DNA of 64,000 nt from an uncultured Acidobacteriaceae bacterium (GCA_963851165.1 CAWKNM010000001.1:234443-298442); one strand, 5' to 3'. Shown: positions 25,903 to 36,341, counted from the first letter of the stretch. Notes: generated by a model not told the origin, from the sequence alone. Numbers and translations are program-made.

Positions 25903-28188
25903 ATGCGACTCCTGAGTGCTCGGCTGATTGTCTCGCTCATTCTCGGCGTGACCCTGGTCTCTCTCCTGTCTTCTTACATCGAGGTGCGCGGGGAACAGCG
26001 CAGGCTGCGCAGGGACATGCAGCGACGAACTGAAGTCCTCGGCGAAAGCCTGGCCGGCAATGTCGAGCCATATCTGCAGCGCCAGTCGCCACGGGAACTG
26101 GAACGCATCGTCGAGCGTTTCAGCCATCGCGAACAATTGGCCGGCGTCGCCGTTTACAACAACCACTCGGAATCGATCGCCTTATCTTCGGATCTTCCGA
26201 AAGAGCTCACCACTCGGCCCTCCGCCGTAGCGTTGGCCATCCGGCAAGACAAGGCGCAATCGCAGTTTCTCCAGCAGGATGGAGCCTCGCTTTACATCTA
26301 CGCCGTCCCCCTGCATCAGCGTGAGGAAGTCGCCGGCAGTCTTGTGATGATCCAGGACGCCAGCTACATCGACCAGCAAACCGCGCACATGTGGCGCGGA
26401 AGTTTTCTGCGGGTGCTGGTGCAGGTTCTGCTCATCGCGTTGATCACGTTGCTGATTGTTCGCTGGAGCATTGCCGGACCGATTGCCCGCGCGGCGCAAT
26501 GGATGCGTGCCCTGCGCACGGGACGATTTGTGGGACCTCGAGCAGATTTTCCCGACTTGGATTTACTGCGGCCGCTGGCCCATGAAGTGACTACACTTGC
26601 CGAAAGCCTGAGCGCGGCGCGCACTGCGGCGGAAAAAGAAGCGCAACTGCGCGAAGCTGCTGAATCGGTCTGGACTGCCGACCGGCTCTCGGTGCATATA
26701 CGCAGCCGGCTCAACGAAAGCCGTCTGTTCGTGGTTTCGAACCGCGAGCCTTATACCCACGTGCACCAAGGCAGGTCCGTGCAGGCGATTGTGCCGGCCA
26801 GTGGTCTGGTCACGGCGCTCGAACCAGTGCTGCGCGCGTCCGATGGAACCTGGATCGCGCACGGGAACGGTGATGCGGATCGCGAAACCGTCGACCGCTT
26901 TGATCGTCTGCGCGTTCCTCCCGAGGATCCGAAATACACGCTGCGTCGAGTGTGGCTCACCAAGGAAGAAGAGCAGGGCTATTACTACGGCTTTTCTAAT
27001 GAGGGACTGTGGCCGCTCTGCCACATCGCGCACACGCGGCCGCTGTTTCGTACCTCGGATTGGGAACATTACCGAAGCGCGAACGAGAAGTTCGCCGAGG
27101 CTGTGCTGAAAGAAATGAAAGGAGTGGAGCAGCCCGTGTTGTTGGCGCAGGATTACCATTTCGCGCTGTTGCCGCGCATGGTGAAGAAGGAGCGTCCGGA
27201 CGCTCGCATCGCGATTTTCTGGCATATCCCCTGGCCCATGCCGGAGGCGTTCGGTATTTGTCCGTGGCAGCGCGAGTTGCTGGATGGCCTGCTGGGCGCG
27301 GATTTGATCGGGTTCCACATTCAGTCGCATTGCACCAATTTCCTGCAATCCGTAGATCGCGCGCTGGAGTCGCGCATCGATTGGGAACACTTCACGGTGA
27401 ATCGGGAGGATCATCGCACCGCTGTGAAACCGTTCCCCATCAGCGTCGATTTCACCGAGGCGGCTGCGGAGTCGCCGGAGCAGGAGTCTTCTTACTCCGA
27501 TCGCGTTACTTTGTTTCGCGAACTCGGCGTGGAGGGATTGTTTCTAGGCGTGGGCGTGGATCGGGTGGATTACACAAAAGGAATTCTGGAGCGCTTTCTC
27601 GCCATCGAGCGCCTGATGGAGAAACATCCGGTGTACCGCGAGAAATTCGTGTTCGTGCAGATTGGGGCGCCCAGCCGCACTCACATCAAGCGTTATCACG
27701 ATTTGCTGGCGGAGGTGGAAGCAGAAGCGGAGCGGATCAACTGGCGCTTTCAGACTGGGAAGTGGAAGCCGATTGTGTTTCTCAAGCGGCAGCACAGTCA
27801 CAAGGAAATCGATCGCTATTACCGCACGGCCGACTTGTGCCTGGTCACTTCCCTGCACGACGGAATGAATCTGGTGGCGAAAGAATTCGTTGCCGCGCGT
27901 CACGATGAGCAAGGGGTACTTATCCTGAGCCGGTTTACGGGCGCGGCTCGCGAACTGCGCGATGCGGTGCTGGTGAATCCTTACGACATTGAGCAGACGG
28001 CAGAGGCAATCCGGTTGTCGCTGGAGATGGAACCCGAAGAGCGGACCGTGCGCATGCAGCGTCTGCGCAAATTGGTGAAGGAGCAGAACATTTATCGCTG
28101 GGCGGGAAATCTGATTGGCGAGTTGTGCGAGGTGCGTCTCGATGTTCCGGACGAGATGAAAGCGATATCGCGGGCGTCGGCGGTTTGA
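25903..28188 (+). CDS. otsA: trehalose-6-phosphate synthase (GT20) with N-terminal TM-periplasmic-TM-HAMP-like extension
   Basis: GT20 motifs from about aa 275 (FVVSNREPY, YYYGFSNEGLWPLCH, QDYHFALLP, GVDRVDYTKGI, LHDGMNLVAKEF). The N-terminus has two hydrophobic helices (LIVSLILGVTLVSLL; VLVQVLLIALITLLIV) flanking about 150 aa. Confidence 0.85.
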   Translation: MRLLSARLIVSLILGVTLVSLLSSYIEVRGEQRRLRRDMQRRTEVLGESLAGNVEPYLQRQSPRELERIVERFSHREQLAGVAVYNNHSESIALSSDLPKELTTRPSAVALAIRQDKAQSQFLQQDGASLYIYAVPLHQREEVAGSLVMIQDASYIDQQTAHMWRGSFLRVLVQVLLIALITLLIVRWSIAGPIARAAQWMRALRTGRFVGPRADFPDLDLLRPLAHEVTTLAESLSAARTAAEKEAQLREAAESVWTADRLSVHIRSRLNESRLFVVSNREPYTHVHQGRSVQAIVPASGLVTALEPVLRASDGTWIAHGNGDADRETVDRFDRLRVPPEDPKYTLRRVWLTKEEEQGYYYGFSNEGLWPLCHIAHTRPLFRTSDWEHYRSANEKFAEAVLKEMKGVEQPVLLAQDYHFALLPRMVKKERPDARIAIFWHIPWPMPEAFGICPWQRELLDGLLGADLIGFHIQSHCTNFLQSVDRALESRIDWEHFTVNREDHRTAVKPFPISVDFTEAAAESPEQESSYSDRVTLFRELGVEGLFLGVGVDRVDYTKGILERFLAIERLMEKHPVYREKFVFVQIGAPSRTHIKRYHDLLAEVEAEAERINWRFQTGKWKPIVFLKRQHSHKEIDRYYRTADLCLVTSLHDGMNLVAKEFVAARHDEQGVLILSRFTGAARELRDAVLVNPYDIEQTAEAIRLSLEMEPEERTVRMQRLRKLVKEQNIYRWAGNLIGELCEVRLDVPDEMKAISRASAV

Positions 28189-28230
28189 AGCGGGAGGATT
28201 TCACACAAGAAGAAGCGAGCTGCGCTCGCT

Positions 28231-28281
28231 GGACCCTTCGGCTTCGCTCAGTGCAGGCTCGCAAGAGTGCCCGTCCACACA
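28231..28281. repeat. family B element, partial, inverted orientation
   Basis: ggacccttcggcttcgctcag (reverse of the A-like core) ...gcaagagtgcccgtccacaca. Confidence 0.7.
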
Positions 28282-28548
28282 CAAACCCGATCGTTTCAGG
28301 AAATGCCCCGTGCGGAGATCTGTGAGCCCGCAGAGGCTCGCGGAACGCGCGTATGACCACCAATCCGCGCGGCCAATCGAACGCCCAGGCGGGGGAGCTA
28401 AACCGTTTTATCGTCGAGATGTAAACATCTTATTTTCAATACGATACGAGGAATTTATTCCACAGAGCTTGAAGCTTGCAACCGCTTTGCATTCATCCAC
28501 TTGCTGTCAGCTGCACCAATCATGGTGCAGAGGAACAGCTTAGTTTGG

Positions 28549-28622
28549 GTAGAGTGGGCACTCTTGCCCGCCTGCTTGCAGTTCCCAAAACCAGCGCGCA
28601 AAGAGTGCCCGCTCCACACAAG
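28549..28622. repeat. family B element, inverted orientation
   Basis: gtagagtgggcactcttgcccgcctgcttgcagttcccaaaaccagcgcgcaaagagtgcccgctccacaca is close to the reverse complement of the left half of the 25536 copy. Confidence 0.75.
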
Positions 28623-28641
28623 CAAGTACGTCACTACCAAG

Positions 28642-30078
28642 CTATTCTGACGTCACCGCCTTCAGGTAACGGTAAAAGAAATCCACTCCTTTGTAGTAGG
28701 ATTCCACGCCCAACCTTTCATCGCGGCCGTGAGCGCGGATGTCGTCGCGGTCGATGGCGGTGCCGGCGATTCCGTAGGTGGGCAAGCCCGCACTCATGGT
28801 GTAGATGCCGTCGGAGGCGCCGGTGGCCATCTCAGGAATCACCGGGGTGCCCGGCCACATTTCAGAAGTGATTTTCTCCAGCGGCGCAAACACGTCGCGG
28901 CGCAACGGCGGAGGCGGAAGGCTCTTGCGGTCGGGAGCGCTGTCGGAAATGTTGCCGAAGTTGTCTACGTAGCGCACCGTAATGTTCGAATCGGCAAATA
29001 TTTTAATCAGCTGCTGCCGGACTTCTTCCGCGGAGTGTCCCGGGAGAATGCGGCAATTTACGTTGGCTTCGGCGCGCTGCGGCAAGGCGTTGTTGGCGTG
29101 CCCGGCGTTGAGACGCGTGGCCACGCAGGTGGTGTGGATAGTGGAGTTGTCGATGGGATCTTTCGAAAGACGCGCCACTGCTGCTGCGTCAGGCGGGCTC
29201 TTCAGTATTCCTTTCATGTCCGCGGCGCGATCGCTGGTTTCCACTTTGGCCATACGCTCGTAGTAAGCGCGCGTCACCTCGTTCAGTTCGAAGGGGAATT
29301 GATAATTCTGCAAACGTATCAGCCCGTCGGCGAGAGCGTAGATGGCGTTGTCCGGGCGGGGCAGCGAACTGTGGCCCCCGGGATTGGTCACCGAAAGTTG
29401 AAAATCTGCGTATAGCTTTTCCGTGGCATCGACCGTCATCATGACCGGCTTGCCGTGGTCGCTCAGGATGCCGCCGCCGTCGTGGTTGAAAACGAACTCG
29501 GCGTCAATGAGGTCGCGGTGGTTCTTGAGCAGCCAGTCGACGCCGTTTGATTTGCCGCCTTCTTCGTCGGCGGTGAGCGCCAGGATGATGTCGCGGTCGG
29601 GAGTGTACCCCTCTTTCTTGAAGCGGATCAGCGTCGTGGCCATGATGGCGTCGCCGCTCTTCATGTCCTGGGTGCCGCGGCCGTAGTAGAAGCCGTCCTT
29701 TTCCACAAACTTGAAAGGATCGGTGGTCCAGTCTTCGCGGTGAGCCTCGACAACATCGAGGTGGCCTATCAAGAGAATGGGCTTGTGCTTCCCTGTCCCG
29801 CGTAGCCGGACGACCAGATTCTTCTTGCGGTCATTGGGGCCGAGGATCTGCATGTCGGCCGCGGCGAATCCGGCGTCGCGAAAGCGTTGAGCCATCGCTT
29901 CGGAAGCTGTGGTCACGTTGCCTACAGAGTCGGTGGAATTGATCTCGATCAGTTGCTGGAAGATGTCGTGAGAGAGTTTTCTGGTGGCGTCGTCGAGTTG
30001 TGCCTGCGAATTCGGCGTGATGAACAAGACGCAAAGAAGAAAAGAAAAGAACAGAACGAGCTGCTTGCTACGGTCCAA
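28642..30078 (-). CDS. secreted M20/M25/M40 family metallopeptidase
   Basis: Signal peptide LVLFFSFLLCVLFITPNSQAQ; LIGHLDVVEA, TADEEGG, HSSLP. Confidence 0.85.
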   Translation of the reverse strand: MDRSKQLVLFFSFLLCVLFITPNSQAQLDDATRKLSHDIFQQLIEINSTDSVGNVTTASEAMAQRFRDAGFAAADMQILGPNDRKKNLVVRLRGTGKHKPILLIGHLDVVEAHREDWTTDPFKFVEKDGFYYGRGTQDMKSGDAIMATTLIRFKKEGYTPDRDIILALTADEEGGKSNGVDWLLKNHRDLIDAEFVFNHDGGGILSDHGKPVMMTVDATEKLYADFQLSVTNPGGHSSLPRPDNAIYALADGLIRLQNYQFPFELNEVTRAYYERMAKVETSDRAADMKGILKSPPDAAAVARLSKDPIDNSTIHTTCVATRLNAGHANNALPQRAEANVNCRILPGHSAEEVRQQLIKIFADSNITVRYVDNFGNISDSAPDRKSLPPPPLRRDVFAPLEKITSEMWPGTPVIPEMATGASDGIYTMSAGLPTYGIAGTAIDRDDIRAHGRDERLGVESYYKGVDFFYRYLKAVTSE

Positions 30079-30262
30079 TGGGGTCTCCTGGGGCGACTGT
30101 TAATTTTCTGACCTGAGAAAATTGCTCACATCTTACATGAATGGGGCTGCTGGATGACGCAGGCAGTGTGCCCGCGTGGAGGTTCAGTTCGAGAACTTTT
30201 ACCACTAAGTGCGCAAAGGTACACGAAGGAAATCCCGGGCAACGGGGGCACGACGGCTCGAG

Positions 30263-33200
30263 CTAGACCTGGAGCACATCGCCATCGCGCGCTACCATCT
30301 GGTAGAGCACGGGGCTCACGATGCGGCCCAGGAATAGCCGGGAGATAAGTCCGGCTACGATCACAATGGCAAACGGTTTCTGTGAGTCCGAGCCCACGCC
30401 AGTTGAAAGAGCCGCGGGTAGAAGGCCCAGGCAGGCGACCAGCGCTGTCATCATGATGGGGCGGAGACGGATGAGCGATCCCTCCAGCGTGGCCTGGCGG
30501 ATGCCCTGCCCTTCAATGCGTAGCTTATTGATATAGGAAACGTCGATGATCGCAGTCTCCGCCGAGACGCCCATGAGCACGAGTAATCCGAGAACCGAGG
30601 AGACGCTGAAGGTAGTGTGCGTAAGCTTGAGCGCCAGCAGCGCGCCGACGGGTTCGGTCATGACTACGCCAATGACCACGGTGACCGGGAACTTAAAATT
30701 GCCGTAGAGCGCGAACAGGATCATGAAAATCAGGAGAACCGCGAGCGGTCCGATCACCGCGAATTGCTCGCGCGCCGCAACGTATTCACTGTATTCTCCG
30801 CCCCAGTCGAGACGGTAGCCCTGCGGCAGTTTGACGGATGACTCAACGGCTTTCTGCGCCTCGTTCACGGCGCGGGCCAGGTCGCGCCCCTCGATGCTGA
30901 ACTGCACTCCGATGTAGCGCGAATTATTCTCGCGATAGATGAAAGACGCGCCGTTGCCCTGATGAATGGTGGCTAGTTCCGCGATCGGAACCTGCTGCCC
31001 GGAAGGAGTGGGCACCAGCAAGTTGCCGATGGCGTGCTCGCTTGATCGGTATTCCGGCTTCATGCGCACCACCAGGTCAAACAGCTGCTCGCCCTGGATG
31101 ACCTGCGTGGCGGCCTGCCCGCCGACCGCGGCCTGGATCACGCCCTCGACGTCGGAGACATTGATGCCGTAACGTGCGATTTTTTCGCGGTTCACGTCGA
31201 TCTGTACGCTGGGCTGCCCAAGTTCGCGCACCACGGTAAGCTCGGTGAAGCCAGGCACCTGCTGCAGCACGCGCTTGATCTCGACCGCTTTATCTTCGAG
31301 TGTTTGCAGGTCGGGGCCGAAGATTTTAACAGCCAGCGCGCTCTTTAAACCGGTGAGCGCCTCATCCACGGCGTCTTCGGCGGGCTGCGTGAAATTGAAA
31401 ATCACTCCGGGATACTGCTCGACTTTTTGCTGAAGGTCTTTCGTCAGGTCAGCTTTGTTGCGGATCGATCCTTTGCTCCACGTCGCATCTTTGTAGGGCT
31501 TCAGTCCGACATAAAACTCGCAGTTGAAAAATCCGGTGGGATCGGTGCCGTCGTCGGGGCGGGCCAGCTCCGAGCCGACTTCGGTGACCATGGGATAGGC
31601 CATCAGGATTTTGCGGATCTGCGGAGCGAACCTGGCTGCCTCCTCGAAGGAGATGGTGTAGGGCATAGTGGCGCGGACCCACATGGCGCCTTCGTCAAGG
31701 TGGGGCATGAACTCGCCGCCGATGAAAGGAATCAGGAGAAGCGAAGCGAGGAAAATTACCGTCGCGATCACCACCGTCAAGTTGGGCCGGTCGAGGCACC
31801 AGCGAAGTTCTGAGGCGTATTCGTCCTTCAACCAGTCGTAGGCGCGGTTCGCTTTTTCCTTCACGCCTTTTGTGAACCAGTAGGAGGCGAGCACGGGAAC
31901 TAATGTAAGGGTGAAAATCAGCGAGCCCAGCAGCGCCCAGGACATGGTTTCCGCCATGGGGTGAAACAGCTTGCCGGACGGGCCACTCAGGGCGTAGATG
32001 GGAATGTAGCCGGCGAGGATGACGGCAATGGAATAAAAAATAGGCCGGTCCACGTCGTGTGCCGCGGCGAGGATCACTTCTTGCAGTTTGTATTCCTGCC
32101 CGTGGCGCGCGGCCAGTTCGCGGTGGATGTTTTCCATCATCACGACCGTGCCGTCGATGATGATTCCGAAATCGATGGCGCCGATCGAAAGCAGGTTCGC
32201 CGGAATGCCGCGCGCGTGCAGGAAAATAAACGAGAACAGCAGGCTCAACGGAATGGTCAGGGCGACGATGATGGCGGCGCGCACGCTGACCAGAAAGAAG
32301 ATCAAAACCACCAGAACCAGGGCCATGCCGAGCAGCATGTTGTGCTCGACCGTGTCGATGGTCACCCGCACCAGGTCGCTGCGGTCGTAGTAGGGCCGGA
32401 CCTTCACGTCAGCTGGCAGAAGGTCGCGGTTGATCTCTTTAGTTTTTTCTTCGACTCGTTTGAGGACGTTCTGGGTCTGCTCGCCGGTGAGCATGAGGAT
32501 GACGCCTTCGACCCGGTCGTCATCGTTCTGGAATCCGAATTCTCCCAGGCGAGGAGCGTGGCCGATGGTGACCTCGCCGATGTCGCGGATGCGTATGGGC
32601 ACGCCGTTGTTGTTTCCGACTACGACGGCACCGATGTCTTCGGTTTTATTCACCAGCCCGAGTCCGCGCACGTAGAAAAATTGCGAACCCTGCGAGTAGA
32701 ATCCACCGCCGGCGTTGGCGTTGTTGGCGGCCAGAGCACTGAGCACTTGCGGCAGTGGAATGTGGTAGCTGTAGATTTTGGCGGGATCGAGCAGCACCTG
32801 GTATTGCATCACCGTGCCGCCGAAGCCGGAATCGTCGGCCACTCCGGGGACGGACTTGTAGGCGCGCTCGATCACCCAGTCTTCGTAGGTTTTCAGTTCT
32901 TGCGGCGTGCGGTCGGGGCTCTCGATTACGTAGCGATAAACGAGGTTGGACGGGCTCGACAGCGGTGCCAGGGTACCAGTCACATTCGGAGGAAGCGTGG
33001 CAGTCGACAGCCGCTCGAACACAACCTGCCGCGCGAAATAATCGTCGGTGTTGTCTTCGAACGTCATGATGACGTCCGACAATCCATAGAGCGAGATCGA
33101 GCGCATGAACACCATGTGCGGCACGCCGTTCATCTGCAACTCGATGGGCAGCGTAACCAGCCGCTCGATCTCCTCAGCTGCGTGCCCCGGCCACTGCGTG

Positions 33201-33349
33201 ATTACTTCGACCAGCGGAGGCGAAAGGTCGGGGTAAGCGTCCACGGGCATACGTTGAAAGGAGAGCGCTCCGACAACGAGCACGAGCAATGCAAACATCA
33301 GGACCAGGAATCGTTGGCGGAGTGCGAATTGGACGATGTGGTGAATCAT
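30263..33349 (-). CDS. czcA: CusA/CzcA family heavy-metal efflux RND transporter
   Basis: 1028 aa. MIHHIVQFALRQRFLVLMF..., 12-TM RND layout, GAIDFGIIIDGTVVMMEN. Confidence 0.92.
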   Translation of the reverse strand: MIHHIVQFALRQRFLVLMFALLVLVVGALSFQRMPVDAYPDLSPPLVEVITQWPGHAAEEIERLVTLPIELQMNGVPHMVFMRSISLYGLSDVIMTFEDNTDDYFARQVVFERLSTATLPPNVTGTLAPLSSPSNLVYRYVIESPDRTPQELKTYEDWVIERAYKSVPGVADDSGFGGTVMQYQVLLDPAKIYSYHIPLPQVLSALAANNANAGGGFYSQGSQFFYVRGLGLVNKTEDIGAVVVGNNNGVPIRIRDIGEVTIGHAPRLGEFGFQNDDDRVEGVILMLTGEQTQNVLKRVEEKTKEINRDLLPADVKVRPYYDRSDLVRVTIDTVEHNMLLGMALVLVVLIFFLVSVRAAIIVALTIPLSLLFSFIFLHARGIPANLLSIGAIDFGIIIDGTVVMMENIHRELAARHGQEYKLQEVILAAAHDVDRPIFYSIAVILAGYIPIYALSGPSGKLFHPMAETMSWALLGSLIFTLTLVPVLASYWFTKGVKEKANRAYDWLKDEYASELRWCLDRPNLTVVIATVIFLASLLLIPFIGGEFMPHLDEGAMWVRATMPYTISFEEAARFAPQIRKILMAYPMVTEVGSELARPDDGTDPTGFFNCEFYVGLKPYKDATWSKGSIRNKADLTKDLQQKVEQYPGVIFNFTQPAEDAVDEALTGLKSALAVKIFGPDLQTLEDKAVEIKRVLQQVPGFTELTVVRELGQPSVQIDVNREKIARYGINVSDVEGVIQAAVGGQAATQVIQGEQLFDLVVRMKPEYRSSEHAIGNLLVPTPSGQQVPIAELATIHQGNGASFIYRENNSRYIGVQFSIEGRDLARAVNEAQKAVESSVKLPQGYRLDWGGEYSEYVAAREQFAVIGPLAVLLIFMILFALYGNFKFPVTVVIGVVMTEPVGALLALKLTHTTFSVSSVLGLLVLMGVSAETAIIDVSYINKLRIEGQGIRQATLEGSLIRLRPIMMTALVACLGLLPAALSTGVGSDSQKPFAIVIVAGLISRLFLGRIVSPVLYQMVARDGDVLQV

Positions 33350-33398
33350 CTGCGGAACGTTTTACGTTTGTAACGTTCTACGTTGGTTCTGCCATCCT

Positions 33399-34565
33399 TC
33401 AGTGCTGGAGCGAGTTCTGGAACTGCAGAAAAAGACTGCCGTCGCCGACTACGCGATCGTTGGCTTGCAGCCCGGTGAGGATTTGCGTTTTCCCCGCTTG
33501 AGTCTCGCCGAGCGTAACGTCGCGCCGGGCGAACTGGCCTTTTCCGGTCTGCAGATAGACGTAAGGCATGTTTTGTTCGTCGCGCAGCACGCCGGAGTTG
33601 GGGACGAACAGAGCATTTTGAATGACGCCGGCCTGCACTTGCGCGGTCACGTACATTTCCTTCTTCAGGCGCTCGCCGGGATTGGGGGCCTCAATGCGCG
33701 CCTGCAGCGTGCGCGTGTTGGGGTCGAGCGCGGGAGAAATGTATTCGATTTTGCCGTGCACCGCACCGGGATACGATTCATTCTCGATCGTCACCGGATC
33801 GCCGACGTGCACGTAGGCCACGTCATTCTGGTAGATGTTGATGAGAATCCATACTGAGCTCATGTCCGACAGCGCGAAACATTGTGTGGCACCCGCCGCC
33901 AGCAATTGCCCCGGAGAACAGGTGCGGTCGACGACCTCTCCCGCTACCGGCGAGTAGAGCGGAATTTCCGGCGTGGGAGGCTTGGTGACAATCGTTTCTG
34001 GATCGGTGATGCCGAGGATGCGAATGGCATCGGCGCTGGACTCGAAGTCCGCCTGCGCCTGCGTGCGATTCGATTGCGCCTGTTCGAGGTCGGCCTGGGC
34101 GATGGCGTGGTGCTCGTAGAGATCCTGCGCGCGGTGGTAGGCTTTGTCCGCCAACTGGAAGGCGTCGCGCGCCTTGAGATACGCCGAGCGCAACAGAGAG
34201 TAGTCCGGGCTGGCGATGTAGAGCAGCACCTGGCCGGCGCGCACGTGCTCACCCTGCACCACTACGACGCGGCTGACCGGGCCGCCCACCTGCGTAATCA
34301 CGGGTGTGGTTTTGAAGTCGTTGTACTCGACGGCGCCGCTCAGGCGCAGCGTGCGTGGCAGAGAACCCTGCTCGACGTTCACGACCTGGATGTGAGATAG
34401 CTGGTCGGCGGGCAGCGAGAACAACTCCGCCTTTGACTCGGGATTCTGCGTTGTTGAGAACGAAGTCATCTTGCTGGCCTGTTTTTCTGGCCCGCCGCAA
34501 CCGGCCAGCATCACGATGCTCGCGGACACGATCGCGAAAATGATGGCGGACACGGGGGCCGACAC
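33399..34565 (-). CDS. czcB: efflux RND periplasmic adaptor (HlyD/CzcB family), lipoprotein
   Basis: Lipobox MLAGCG, coiled-coil hairpin region, beta-barrel C-terminus. Located between the OMF and RND genes. Confidence 0.85.
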   Translation of the reverse strand: MSAPVSAIIFAIVSASIVMLAGCGGPEKQASKMTSFSTTQNPESKAELFSLPADQLSHIQVVNVEQGSLPRTLRLSGAVEYNDFKTTPVITQVGGPVSRVVVVQGEHVRAGQVLLYIASPDYSLLRSAYLKARDAFQLADKAYHRAQDLYEHHAIAQADLEQAQSNRTQAQADFESSADAIRILGITDPETIVTKPPTPEIPLYSPVAGEVVDRTCSPGQLLAAGATQCFALSDMSSVWILINIYQNDVAYVHVGDPVTIENESYPGAVHGKIEYISPALDPNTRTLQARIEAPNPGERLKKEMYVTAQVQAGVIQNALFVPNSGVLRDEQNMPYVYLQTGKGQFARRDVTLGETQAGKTQILTGLQANDRVVGDGSLFLQFQNSLQH

Positions 34566-34614
34566 AGTCCGACGCTGCCAACGATTTTCGCGGGCGATCT
34601 TCTCGCGGGCATGA

Positions 34615-35895
34615 TCATGGCAGGTTCCTCGTTCCCACCGCTTCTTTCAGTTGCTCCAGAGCGGTCATATAAGAGGCCAGTGCCTGGCGATAGGCCAGTT
34701 GAATGGCCCGGTAACTGCGCTCGGCGTCGAGGAAATCGAGCAGGCTGGCAGCGCCGCGGCGATACGCATACTCACTGATGTCCCGTGAATCTTCCGCCTG
34801 TTTGAGATATCCGGAAATATAAAGTTGCACAATCTCGTCATTGCTCCTCACCGCCTCATAGGCATTGGCCACATCGGAGAGAACCGTATCGCTGGCCGCC
34901 TGCTTCTGTTCCTGTGCCTGCGTGAGCGCGTAACCGGTGCGGGCGATTTCTCCTTGATTGCGGTTGAATACCGGCAACGCAAAATTCACGAACAGCGAAG
35001 CCGTGTTTTCGCCGGAAACGTGCGTAAAGTCGTACGTGCCGTTGACGTCGACCTTGCCGTTTGCCTTCGCCAGAAGGATTTGGCTCTGCGCCGCGGTGAT
35101 CCCCAGTTCTGCCGCGCGAAAATCGGGACGATCGCGCAATGCTCTCGTCTGCAAATCCTCCTGGTTTGCCTTGAGCGGCTGGTACGCGAGATCTCCGATC
35201 ACGTCGAAATTGGCCGGCACCGCATCGTAGCCCAGGAACTCGCGCAGTCCGACAAGAGCCTGCACCCTTGCCAGCCGGGCAGCGGACACGTCGGTCTGAA
35301 ACTGCAGGAGCTGCAGTGAGATCTTAAGATAATCGCCTTCGCTGATGGAGCCCGCCTTGAGTTGGGCCGCTCCGATATCGACCGTCTTCTGGAAGCTTTG
35401 CAGATCCTGCAGAGCGAACTGAAGCGTGGACTCCGCCAGCAAAACGCTGACAAACTGTTGGCCTACGTTGAAAGCCAGGGTGCGCTCGGCATCGGTGACC
35501 TGGGCGCGAGTGACGGCCGTTTGATCCTGGGCAGCCTGCAAGCGCCGCTGCCGTTTGCGGCCGCGTTCGAACAGATAACTGATCCCAACGTCGAACTGCT
35601 GAGTCTCGTTCAGGTTGTCGCCAGAAAAATCCTGCGGACTGAAAAAGGGGACGAACTGGCTATCCGCCCCAAGAGTCGGATTGGGACGCAGGTTCGCGGT
35701 AATCTCCTGGGCCTGATTTTGAAGAATCAAAGTTCGCGTGGCTTTGATGGAGTGGTTGTGCGCGAGAGCGAGATCAATGGCCTGATCAAGGCTGATCTTT
35801 AATGGAGAGGTCGAATTTTGCCCGCCGGCGGCCTCCACGAGCAGCAGAAAAAACATCGCAGCCGGGGCGAATATCCGAACATGGCTGGAGCGCAT
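34615..35895 (-). CDS. czcC: TolC-family outer-membrane efflux protein (CzcC-like)
   Basis: Two OEP repeats (LSLDQAIDLALAHNHSIKA...; ...AAQSQILLAKANGKVDVNGTY). First gene of the three-gene efflux operon. Start is ATG 35895 or 35934. Confidence 0.85.
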   Translation of the reverse strand: MRSSHVRIFAPAAMFFLLLVEAAGGQNSTSPLKISLDQAIDLALAHNHSIKATRTLILQNQAQEITANLRPNPTLGADSQFVPFFSPQDFSGDNLNETQQFDVGISYLFERGRKRQRRLQAAQDQTAVTRAQVTDAERTLAFNVGQQFVSVLLAESTLQFALQDLQSFQKTVDIGAAQLKAGSISEGDYLKISLQLLQFQTDVSAARLARVQALVGLREFLGYDAVPANFDVIGDLAYQPLKANQEDLQTRALRDRPDFRAAELGITAAQSQILLAKANGKVDVNGTYDFTHVSGENTASLFVNFALPVFNRNQGEIARTGYALTQAQEQKQAASDTVLSDVANAYEAVRSNDEIVQLYISGYLKQAEDSRDISEYAYRRGAASLLDFLDAERSYRAIQLAYRQALASYMTALEQLKEAVGTRNLP

Positions 35896-36239
35896 AAGGG
35901 TCGAGATCAAAACGCACTGACTGCGGTGCAACACCTGGCGAACGGAAGCTCATACCGGACCAGCACTTCGCCAAGGTTCTTCGTCCGCATCGTTCTTCTG
36001 GGTAAGGCCTCCTGGGTAAGACGGATGCCCAGGCTCAATGGATGTATTGTAATTTACTCCATTTGCGATTCGTCTGGTGATCCGGCAAGAAGCCCGTCAA
36101 TCCTACGATCGGCGGGATTGCGAGCAAATGTGGATAAAGAGGATGGAACGACGACACGCAGAAATAGCGGTAAGAACCTAGAACAACGCGGGGACGACAA
36201 CCTCTCCGAGTGAAACTGTTGCGCCTATTAGTAAAGACG

Positions 36240-36270
36240 GCATGCGGGGACGCGATGCGCCCCCGCATGC
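36240..36270 (-). terminator. strong hairpin downstream of katG (terminator candidate, weak U-tract)
   Basis: gcatgcgggg-N11-ccccgcatgc, a perfect 10-bp stem about 70 nt after the katG stop. Confidence 0.45.
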
Positions 36271-36341
36271 TCGAACGAGCGACGACTTCGGTTTAGCCGA
36301 TCCAACAACAGCACTACATTGACGGCTCTCTTCCGCTGAGC

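Noticed and set aside
23922-28622. CRISPR array
   Set aside because: The repeats are irregularly spaced by 0.3-2.6 kb, the sequences between them are ordinary genes, orientation flips between copies, and no cas genes are present.
30154-30348. 64-aa ORF upstream of the M20 peptidase
   Set aside because: It overlaps the end of czcA and a short intergenic motif (accactaagtgcgcaaaggtacacgaagga) that looks like another filler repeat. There is no coding signal.
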